Assembly: GCA_964625535.1 (NCBI GenBank)
Contig: CAZVEX010000005.1
Coordinates: 3,477-67,476, forward strand
DNA length: 64,000 nucleotides
Source of the DNA: an uncultured Gammaproteobacteria bacterium
GTDB taxonomy: Bacteria > Patescibacteriota > Microgenomatia > Daviesbacterales > UBA10151
Direction of reading: 5' to 3'
Of the stretch, positions 38,572 through 45,491 are shown one piece after another; position 1 is the stretch's first letter, and every line of letters starts with the position of its first letter. A model generated the notes under the pieces. That model was given only the letters and a program-made list of their open reading frames with translations. It ran no database searches and had not been told where the DNA came from. A program made the translations under genes and the position numbers.

Positions 38572-38898
38572 TTATGGGTTGGGTTGGCACCATGGCAAGC
38601 CCGCTCCTCCGCAAAGCGCTCTGATATCAAAAAATGTTACTTTTACTCCGGTCACCGCTTCAATAAGCTGCAGAATTATCCAGGCTATGGCCAAAAAAAG
38701 TATCCCCAATAAAGCCCAGGTGACAGTTAAATGGGCAGCTTGTATAGCCTTGGGTTCTCCGCCTGAAGTTAAATATTTGATTCCGGCCCAGGTAAGCACG
38801 ACCAAAGAGGCAATAAAGCCCAATCCTACTATGACGGAAATGCCTTTGGAAAAAACCTCTTCAATTTGTTGCAAACCGGCAGGTGAAGGATTGAGCAT
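38572..38898 (-). CDS. TrbC/VirB2-family pilin-like protein (paralog 1)
   Basis: 108 aa, two hydrophobic helices around 'WAGIKYLTSGGEPKAIQAAH' (family motif W..Y..GGxxE/K...A). Confidence 0.55.
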   Translation of the reverse strand: MLNPSPAGLQQIEEVFSKGISVIVGLGFIASLVVLTWAGIKYLTSGGEPKAIQAAHLTVTWALLGILFLAIAWIILQLIEAVTGVKVTFFDIRALCGGAGLPWCQPNP

Positions 38899-38934
38899 AT
38901 ATTAAGGTTAGCACTAATAGGGTATAAAGATCAA

Positions 38935-39261
38935 TTATGAGGGGCTGGGGTTGGGGGTGGGGATAACAATGTTGGTTATGTTCAATCCTGTGAATTGTCC
39001 GGCCACTCTGGCCAGGGCAAAAGCCACAGCCAAAACAGCCAAGCCAATCAAGGCATTGATAATTCTATTTCTGGCCTTGCTGACGGCCTCTTTGTCTCCG
39101 CCGGAAGTAATCCATTCAAACGCTCCCCAGATTAGCATTACCAGAACTACCAGCAGTCCCAGACTAAAAGCCAGCAATAGAAAATTGCTGATAAACTCGC
39201 CCAAACTGGCATAACCTTTACCTTGGGGAGGGGTAATAGTAATGGTAGGAGCCGGACTCAT
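38935..39261 (-). CDS. TrbC/VirB2-family pilin-like protein (paralog 2)
   Basis: 108 aa, 'LIWGAFEWITSGGDKEAVSKARNRIINALIGLAVL'. Compare RP4 TrbC '[28 protein letters not shown]'. Confidence 0.6.
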   Translation of the reverse strand: MSPAPTITITPPQGKGYASLGEFISNFLLLAFSLGLLVVLVMLIWGAFEWITSGGDKEAVSKARNRIINALIGLAVLAVAFALARVAGQFTGLNITNIVIPTPNPSPS

Positions 39262-39300
39262 AATCTAATCTTATTCACAAAACTATTTACTTGTCAAGCA

Positions 39301-39837
39301 TCACTTTTGACCTTCAAAAAACTTAAAGCCGGTAAATTGTCCCAAAACCTGGATAACTGCAAAGGTAATAGCCAAAAGCAAAATTCCCACCACAGCATTA
39401 ATGATTTTTTTTCTGGCCGAATCCAGTTTTTCCTTGTCCCCCTCCGAGGTCATCCAGTCCCATCCTCCCCAAAGCAGCATGAAAATTAACACTACCCCGG
39501 CAGCTGCATAAATTAAACCTACCAGATTGGACAAAAACCTGCTGATCCCCCCGGCTCCTGTGGGATCAGGGGAGGTAAAGGGTAACAGTTCCGGAGGAGG
39601 ATTGATAGTGCCGAAGGACTTACCAACTTCTGATTTTTCACAAGTACCTCGACTAGGATCAGCCGTGAGGGGTTTACAAACCAACCCTGCTTCACAATGC
39701 CCATTGGGATCTTTTATAAAACAGAAACCCGGTTCTTTTATATGATGAGCCAATACTACGTTAGCGTTGATCCCGAAAAACAGACAAATAAAGATCAAAA
39801 GAAAAAGTTTTTTAATCATACAAGAATATATTATCAT
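39301..39837 (-). CDS. Pilin-like protein with N-terminal signal peptide and Cys-rich extracellular extension fused to TrbC/VirB2 core (paralog 3)
   Basis: 178 aa, signal peptide, six Cys in 'CFIKDPNGHCEAGLVCKPLTADPSRGTCEK', then 'LWGGWDWMTSEGDKEKLDSARKKIINAVVGILLL' pilin core. Confidence 0.6.
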   Translation of the reverse strand: MIIYSCMIKKLFLLIFICLFFGINANVVLAHHIKEPGFCFIKDPNGHCEAGLVCKPLTADPSRGTCEKSEVGKSFGTINPPPELLPFTSPDPTGAGGISRFLSNLVGLIYAAAGVVLIFMLLWGGWDWMTSEGDKEKLDSARKKIINAVVGILLLAITFAVIQVLGQFTGFKFFEGQK

Positions 39838-39907
39838 TAATTTACAAAGCGCAACAACTAGTTAATGTAATTCTATTATAGGTTTGATAAATAGATAAGA
39901 TTATGGT

Positions 39908-40615
39908 ATGATAGATAAAATTATGAAAAGAGAAAGCGAGCTTAAATCAAGGGCAATACGTATTGGAGGTACTGTTTTAGTAACTACAGTTATGGGTTTA
40001 GCATTAGAGCAAGGTGTAAAAACGGTTAATGCGGAAACTCCTACGGCTACAGCCACTCCCACCAGAACGCCTACTCCTACAGGTACGCCTACCCCGGATA
40101 TAGAAATAGTTAATAAACAAGCGACTATTACAGCTTTAAACAAACAGCTTGAAAGGGCAAGACAACTAGCAGATCTGCGGGCAACCGAAGCTGCTGTTCG
40201 CAGGGAAATAGATAAAGTTATGGGTACGCCTCCGGCTACTTCTACCCCTACTGCTCAAGAGCTAGAAAGACAGAGGATTGAGCAAGCTGCTATAAAAGAG
40301 ATTGCAGATAGGTGGGGGACTGCCACAGCCCAGGCAGAATTAAGACCAGCTACACCTACTCCCTTTCCTCTTCCCCCAAGACCGGCCGGGCCCAAACCCA
40401 AGGAAGAACATGATCCGACAGGCGGTTTGGATATAGGCGGGTTAGTCCCTTGGGTGGGAGGAGTAGCCGCGCTTGTTACAGCCGTGGTAGGTTGGTTAAA
40501 CAGGGGCAGAATTCTGGGTTTATTTAGAAGAGGCGGTGGAGACGCTGATGTAGATGTAACTCCTGATGATGATCCTTTGAGACCAGTCCCTCCTAGACCG
40601 CCAACAACTACCTGA
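39908..40615 (+). CDS. Thr/Pro-rich hypothetical protein with N- and C-terminal TM helices (only plus-strand ORF inside the pilin array)
   Basis: 235-aa ORF, 'TPTATATPTRTPTPTGTPTP' repeats, central coiled coil. The mirror minus ORF 39901-40143 is low-complexity. Coding status uncertain. Confidence 0.3.
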   Translation: MIDKIMKRESELKSRAIRIGGTVLVTTVMGLALEQGVKTVNAETPTATATPTRTPTPTGTPTPDIEIVNKQATITALNKQLERARQLADLRATEAAVRREIDKVMGTPPATSTPTAQELERQRIEQAAIKEIADRWGTATAQAELRPATPTPFPLPPRPAGPKPKEEHDPTGGLDIGGLVPWVGGVAALVTAVVGWLNRGRILGLFRRGGGDADVDVTPDDDPLRPVPPRPPTTT

Positions 40616-40985
40616 TGATTTGGAATCCGGTTATCCCAAAAAGACTGGATAGTAAGAATTGTAACACCAAAAAGGCAGACATTAAAATAAAAAAGCCGAT
40701 AATGGCATGAGTTATCATTTGCCTGGCTCCCTCCATTTCTTCTTTATTGCCTCCTGCCCGCAAATACCGGAAAGCCCCAAAAAGAAAATACATGATGACC
40801 ATTACTGCTGTTATCGAAAAGGCCGGAGTGACCAGCTTTGATGTGGCCTCGCCCAAAGAAGTAATATTGCCAAAGCCGAATTTTTCACCAATGGGAATGG
40901 GAGATTGGGCAAGAACGGGAATAACCATTAACAGGTAACTGGTGACGAGAATATAAATTTTTAATTTTAAATTTTTAATTTTCAT
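40608..40985 (-). CDS. TrbC/VirB2-family pilin-like protein with signal peptide (paralog 4)
   Basis: 125 aa, 'FGAFRYLRAGGNKEEMEGARQMITHAIIGFFIL'. The 5' end 'MKIKNLKLKI' is encoded by an AAAATT(A/G)AAAATTT repeat. Confidence 0.6.
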   Translation of the reverse strand: MKIKNLKLKIYILVTSYLLMVIPVLAQSPIPIGEKFGFGNITSLGEATSKLVTPAFSITAVMVIMYFLFGAFRYLRAGGNKEEMEGARQMITHAIIGFFILMSAFLVLQFLLSSLFGITGFQIIR

Positions 40986-41033
40986 TCAAATTTTAATATT
41001 TCAATTTTAAATGTTTAAATAACAATAAGTAAA
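40960..41033. repeat. AT-rich degenerate tandem repeats (aatttt/ttcaaatttt units) flanking the Avd-like gene, downstream side
   Basis: 'ttttaattttaaatttttaattttcattcaaattttaatatttcaattttaaatgtttaaat'. Confidence 0.7.
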
Positions 41034-41393
41034 TTACTTAGTACTAAATGCTATTTTAGAAAAAATCAAGGTCAATTCTTGTGCTTCTTGCCATAATTTT
41101 CTGCACGCCTCTCTCGTCTCATTAATTGCTTTTGCAAGCAATCTTAGCCAATATTTTGTTTCTTTTGCTTCTTTTTTGCAAATAAAAATTTTGTTTTTGA
41201 AATCTTTTTTACTGCTTGCTCCGTTTGCTTCACAATAGTTAGCGCCTATGCTTGTTCCGGCTCTTAGGAGTTGATCTACTATAGGTATAGTAACTACATT
41301 TTTAGGAACATTTTTACAAAGTTCAATTATACTCTCTGCAAATGTTGCAGTTCTTTCTTCCAGATCATATTTTTTGTTTAATATTTTCATCAT
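41034..41393 (-). CDS. Four-helix-bundle protein of the 23S rRNA intervening-sequence / DGR Avd-like family
   Basis: 119 aa. 'DLEERTATFAESIIELCKNVPK...QLLRAGTSIGANYCEANGASSKKDFKNKIFICKKEAKETKYWLRLL' matches the IVS-protein/Avd family consensus. Inserted between pilin paralogs. Confidence 0.75.
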   Translation of the reverse strand: MMKILNKKYDLEERTATFAESIIELCKNVPKNVVTIPIVDQLLRAGTSIGANYCEANGASSKKDFKNKIFICKKEAKETKYWLRLLAKAINETREACRKLWQEAQELTLIFSKIAFSTK

Positions 41394-41440
41394 TTAAATT
41401 TGATTTCAAATTTCGAATTGTAAATTTCAAATTTCTAGAA
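41394..41440. repeat. AT-rich repeats (tttcaaattt units) flanking the Avd-like gene, upstream side
   Basis: 'ttaaatttgatttcaaatttcgaattgtaaatttcaaatttctag'. Confidence 0.7.
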
Positions 41441-41758
41441 TGGTACTCCTCCTCTGCCTGGAGTAAAGATTTCCCCGGCATATTTGGCCACAAAATAGGC
41501 TATCAAGGTGACCAACAGCCCAATCAAGGCCCATCTGATTCTGGCCCTGGCCTTGGCCAAACCTTCTTTATTCCCTCCGGCCATAATATACTGCCAGGCT
41601 CCCCATACCAGCCAGTAAAAGGCCATAAAAACCACCAGATAAAAGGCAATGTTTAAAATAGCTGATAATAAAGAACCCAGATCGGTGAACTTTTCTCCCA
41701 CAGGAGAAGGTTGAGGAATGTTTCCAAAACCAGGTAGTTGAATAGCTAATTTCATAGT
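41435..41758 (-). CDS. TrbC/VirB2-family pilin-like protein (paralog 5)
   Basis: 'LVWGAWQYIMAGGNKEGLAKARARIRWALIGLLVTL'. Start moved to the internal Met 'MKLAIQLPG' to remove the 65-nt overlap of the track ORF (41435-41833). Confidence 0.55.
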   Translation of the reverse strand, partial: TMKLAIQLPGFGNIPQPSPVGEKFTDLGSLLSAILNIAFYLVVFMAFYWLVWGAWQYIMAGGNKEGLAKARARIRWALIGLLVTLIAYFVAKYAGEIFTPGRGGVPF

Positions 41759-41768
41759 GACTCTAGTT

Positions 41769-42890
41769 TCATCGTCCGAATCCCGGTATTCCCAAAATAT
41801 CAAAGCCAATGATTTGCAAAAGCAGTACTGCAAATATTACAAACAACAGTCCAATTATGGCGGAAGTTAATCTCTCTCTTCCTGCCTGCAGGGTTTCCGG
41901 ATTGCCTGCAGAGGTGAGCATCTGAAATGCTCCGAGTAGCATCATCAAAAAGGCCAAACCTCCCCCTATCCCCAGAGCAAACTTCAATACATCCGCAATC
42001 AAATCCGCAGGCTCCGTATGAATACACCCAATAGCAGTTTTAATGGAAGGCTTAGATGGATCACAACTCAAACTTACTGCAGAAGTGCAAATTACACCTT
42101 GATCGCCGCATTTTTTTGGTTGTGTAATAATACCAGGATCTATAGAGCCTGACGGGATAGGTAATGGCGAAGGAGCGTTGACATCTAATGTTATCAAACC
42201 GCCACAAGAGTTATATTTACTACTCGTATCTGTACTAGCTACTTTGATTTCTTTTATTTCTCCAGGATTTCCATCTATCGGAATATCAACGAATTCGCCG
42301 AGTCCATGTTCATCGGTAGTTATTTTTTTTTCAACCAGATTCTTTCCTCCTACTAAAATAAGATAGGTTTGATTTTCTGATCCTAAAAATCTGATAGGTA
42401 TTAAAGCATTAGGTTGAACTTTTGTGGGGAGAGAAGGGTTTATAAGACACTGGCCTCCCAGAATTCCAACTTGGAATTTGATATCTGTGCAATATGGACT
42501 AAAATCTTTATCGCTACTGGTTTTACTTATTTCAATCTTTCCATTTTTTTCTCCTCTCTCAAACAATACCCCATTTTCGGACGTTTTAGGTATCTTAATT
42601 TGAAAGCTAGTTTGGTCAGAGTTAATTTGAATATATTCTGATCCCCAATCCACACCAAACATATCCGTTCTATACCTAATGTAGGGTCCATTGCCCTGAA
42701 TATATTGAGCCCCTCCGGAAGTTAAGTCGAATGTCAAGAGCATAGGGTCTGAATTTACAAAAAAAGGTTTAGATGTAAGAGTAATTCCTGTATTAAGGTT
42801 AGAACAGGGTTTAACATCAACGGCATAAACGAAAGGCGGTAAAAATAATAAATGTAAAAGTAACAATATAGCTAGGATTATTTTGAACAT
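41769..42890 (-). CDS. Secreted protein with ~290-aa extracellular N-terminal domain fused to a C-terminal TrbC/VirB2 pilin core (paralog 6; first gene of the array)
   Basis: 373 aa, signal peptide 'MFKIILAILLLLHLLFLPPFVYA', C-terminal 'LLGAFQMLTSAGNPETLQAGRERLTSAIIGLLFVIFAVLLL'. Confidence 0.55.
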   Translation of the reverse strand: MFKIILAILLLLHLLFLPPFVYAVDVKPCSNLNTGITLTSKPFFVNSDPMLLTFDLTSGGAQYIQGNGPYIRYRTDMFGVDWGSEYIQINSDQTSFQIKIPKTSENGVLFERGEKNGKIEISKTSSDKDFSPYCTDIKFQVGILGGQCLINPSLPTKVQPNALIPIRFLGSENQTYLILVGGKNLVEKKITTDEHGLGEFVDIPIDGNPGEIKEIKVASTDTSSKYNSCGGLITLDVNAPSPLPIPSGSIDPGIITQPKKCGDQGVICTSAVSLSCDPSKPSIKTAIGCIHTEPADLIADVLKFALGIGGGLAFLMMLLGAFQMLTSAGNPETLQAGRERLTSAIIGLLFVIFAVLLLQIIGFDILGIPGFGR

Positions 42891-42967
42891 TACTTTTAGC
42901 TTAGCATAAAGAAAAGCTTGTAGCTAGTAGCTGGTAGTTAGTAGCTGGCGATGGTAAAATTAAGAAC

Positions 42968-44689
42968 ATGTTTGTCAAGAAGTTTATAGCAGTATTTTTA
43001 ATTGCTCTATCCTTACTACTTACTGCTTACTACTTACTACCAACGGTTCGGGCCGATGAAATTGAGGACTTGCAAAGACAGATTGATGAATTAAACAAGG
43101 CCCGGGAGCTTTCCGTTAAAGCTACCACCCCCCTGGAAGGTCAGCTTGATTCATTAAAGCGCCAGCTGGCCCAAATCCAAGTTCAGCTCGAAAATTTATC
43201 TTTAAACATCCAAAACAAACAAAGGCAGTTGGAAATCAGGGAAGAAAAATTAGCTTTGCAGCAGGCCCTTCTTGATAAAAGAGTCCGCTCCTATTATATC
43301 CGCTCCTACCTGGCAGACCCTTTACTGGTGATCCTTTCTTCCCTTCAATCGGGGGATCTTTTTAGGGAGCTGTCCTTCCGCCAGTCTGTGGCCAGGGAGG
43401 ATCGCCGGATCATTACCGCCGTCACTAGTGAAATGTTGGACCTGTTGACCCAAAAAGACAAACTGGAAAAAGACAAGTCTGTCATAGCCGGACTTCAGGT
43501 CGAGGTTGACAAAAATGCCAAATTTTTGGGAGGGGAAATCACCACAGCCAAAAAATACCAGGCCGAACTGTCAAGTAAAATTGCGAAGTTATCTGCCCGC
43601 CAGCAGGCCATTATTGCCCAGCGTCAGGCCAGTTTGAATCTTCCCACCTCTTTGGGGGCAGGGCCGCTTTTTTGTACGGATGATCGAAAACTGGATCCGG
43701 GCTTTTCTCCGGCTTTTGCTTTTTTCACTTTTGGCATTCCCCATCGCGTTGGCATGAACCAGTACGGAGCATACGGCCGGGCCAATGCCGGAGCAAATCA
43801 TGAGGATATTTTGCGCTCGTACTTTCAGGATTTTTCCTTTGAACAGCGGCCAAACATCAACATATCGGTTCAAGGATACGGTTCTATGCCTTTGGAAACT
43901 TATCTTTTGGGAATTTACGAGATGCCGGATTCTTTTCCGACAGAGGCCTTAAAAGCTCAAGCCATTGCTGCCCGATCTTATGCCCTGGCTTACACCAACA
44001 ATGGGGCAGGGGAAATTTGCACCACCCAACAGTGTCAGGTTTACAAAGGCGGCAATAAAGGAGGCAACTGGGAGCGGGCCGTTAATGAAACCAATGGGAA
44101 AACAATGATTTCAGGCGGATCAGTGGTTAAAGCCTGGTATTCGTCAACAGACGGAGGTTATACTTTTTCATCCGCAGATGTATGGGGATCGGGCACTTCT
44201 TTTACCAAAAGATCAAGGGATACAAACGGGGATATAGGTAGTTTCAGCGATCTTTTCTCAAAAGCTTATGACCGGGATTCGCCCTGTTTTTATGCGGCGC
44301 AGGGAGTAAGAAGCCAGTATGCCAAATCCGCTTGGCTAAAATTCGAAGAAGTAGCAGACATTGCTAATGTCATCATGCTGGTGAAGCAAGATTCCGGGGT
44401 TTCCCCACATATTTATCAGACCGATAAACCCAACCCTGAAGGTAATGAGACTTGGGATGGATCAAGAGTGAAACAGGAGCTGAAAAGCAGAGGAGGAAAC
44501 CCTTTTAACAGTGTTTCCGGAGTTTCCGTATCTGCGGATTTTGGATCGGGCATGACTACTTCGGTGACTGTTTCCGGGGACAGAGGATCAGAAACCTTTA
44601 ATGGGAGCGAATTTAAAAACTTCTTTAATCTGCGGGCCCCGGCCAATATCCAGATTGTGGGACCACTGTTTAATGTGGAGACAAAGTAG
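42968..44689 (+). CDS. SpoIID/LytB-domain peptidoglycan-active protein with N-terminal signal/TM and long coiled-coil region
   Basis: 573 aa. Coiled coil aa 30-210. SpoIID-like 'EALKAQAIAARSYALAYT...CTTQQCQVYKG'. Confidence 0.7.
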   Translation: MFVKKFIAVFLIALSLLLTAYYLLPTVRADEIEDLQRQIDELNKARELSVKATTPLEGQLDSLKRQLAQIQVQLENLSLNIQNKQRQLEIREEKLALQQALLDKRVRSYYIRSYLADPLLVILSSLQSGDLFRELSFRQSVAREDRRIITAVTSEMLDLLTQKDKLEKDKSVIAGLQVEVDKNAKFLGGEITTAKKYQAELSSKIAKLSARQQAIIAQRQASLNLPTSLGAGPLFCTDDRKLDPGFSPAFAFFTFGIPHRVGMNQYGAYGRANAGANHEDILRSYFQDFSFEQRPNINISVQGYGSMPLETYLLGIYEMPDSFPTEALKAQAIAARSYALAYTNNGAGEICTTQQCQVYKGGNKGGNWERAVNETNGKTMISGGSVVKAWYSSTDGGYTFSSADVWGSGTSFTKRSRDTNGDIGSFSDLFSKAYDRDSPCFYAAQGVRSQYAKSAWLKFEEVADIANVIMLVKQDSGVSPHIYQTDKPNPEGNETWDGSRVKQELKSRGGNPFNSVSGVSVSADFGSGMTTSVTVSGDRGSETFNGSEFKNFFNLRAPANIQIVGPLFNVETK

Positions 44690-44701
44690 TATACTTGAGC
44701 C

Positions 44702-45277
44702 ATGTTTTCCTCTTATGTGGAAAATCCGCAAAATTGCCGTTTTGAAGGTCAGGATCCGGAGGAGAAAATTCTGCTTTTATTGCGGGCTCATCCCGTCACC
44801 AATTTAGCCTGGATCATCCCGGCAGTAGCGCTTTTTTTCTTCCCCTTTTTCATGCCGAAAATTTTATCATTTTTAAACTTAAACCTTTTGGCCGTCCCCC
44901 AAACTTTTAAGATAGTGTTTTTGATCGTCAACTACCTGCTAATTTTAACCATTGCTTTTGAGGGCTTTTTGCACTGGTATTTTAATGTCTACATTGTGAC
45001 TAATAAAAATGTGGTTGATGTTGACTTTCACGCCATTCTTTTTAAAAATATTGATGTGGCCCCGCTTCGCAACATTGAAGATACCTCCTCATCCATGGGA
45101 GGAATATTAAATGCCATTTTCCACTACGGTGATGTTTATATTCAAACTGCCGGCGCCGCAGCCAGCATAGATTTAAAATCCGTGCCACGGCCCCATCATG
45201 TGGCTGATTTTATTTTGGATGAAGCACATAAACTCTACGGGAGGGGAGATCGACATGCCGACGGCCACCCCTTTTAA
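44702..45277 (+). CDS. Membrane protein with two TM helices and putative bacterial PH (YdbS/YdbT-like) domain
   Basis: 191 aa. TM pair followed by a ~100-aa beta-rich domain. Architecture typical of bPH_2 proteins. Confidence 0.35.
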   Translation: MFSSYVENPQNCRFEGQDPEEKILLLLRAHPVTNLAWIIPAVALFFFPFFMPKILSFLNLNLLAVPQTFKIVFLIVNYLLILTIAFEGFLHWYFNVYIVTNKNVVDVDFHAILFKNIDVAPLRNIEDTSSSMGGILNAIFHYGDVYIQTAGAAASIDLKSVPRPHHVADFILDEAHKLYGRGDRHADGHPF

Positions 45278-45491
45278 TTTTTTCGAACAGGAGGCAGTGC
45301 TGGTGTTTTTAAAAACCGCCACTTTGATTATTTTAGCCTTTTACGCTATATTTGCCTTGATGGTTTTAAGACAAGTAAGTTTAATGAGTAAAACTGTAAT
45401 GACCAGAGTTTCCCCCTGGCTTTCGGCTTTTTCTATTTTACATGCCGGAGTGGCTATAGGTTTAATAATACTGGCCTGGGGAATATTATAA
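45255..45491 (+). CDS. Small two-TM membrane protein
   Basis: Track ORF 45198-45491; start placed at the internal Met 'MPTATPFNFF'. Overlaps the upstream gene end in another frame. Confidence 0.3.
   Translation: MPTATPFNFFEQEAVLVFLKTATLIILAFYAIFALMVLRQVSLMSKTVMTRVSPWLSAFSILHAGVAIGLIILAWGIL

Noticed and set aside
39901-40143. 80-aa minus-strand ORF with 'GVGVPVGVGV' repeats
   Set aside because: It is the antisense image of the Thr/Pro repeat of ORF 39908-40615. At most one is coding. Neither has homology support, and only the longer one is kept as a low-confidence feature.
40958-41440. Possible CRISPR array or DGR TR/VR around the Avd-like gene
   Set aside because: The repeats are short (7-12 nt), AT-rich and degenerate, with no regular repeat-spacer periodicity and no cas or reverse-transcriptase gene. 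They are treated as simple tandem repeats flanking an insertion.
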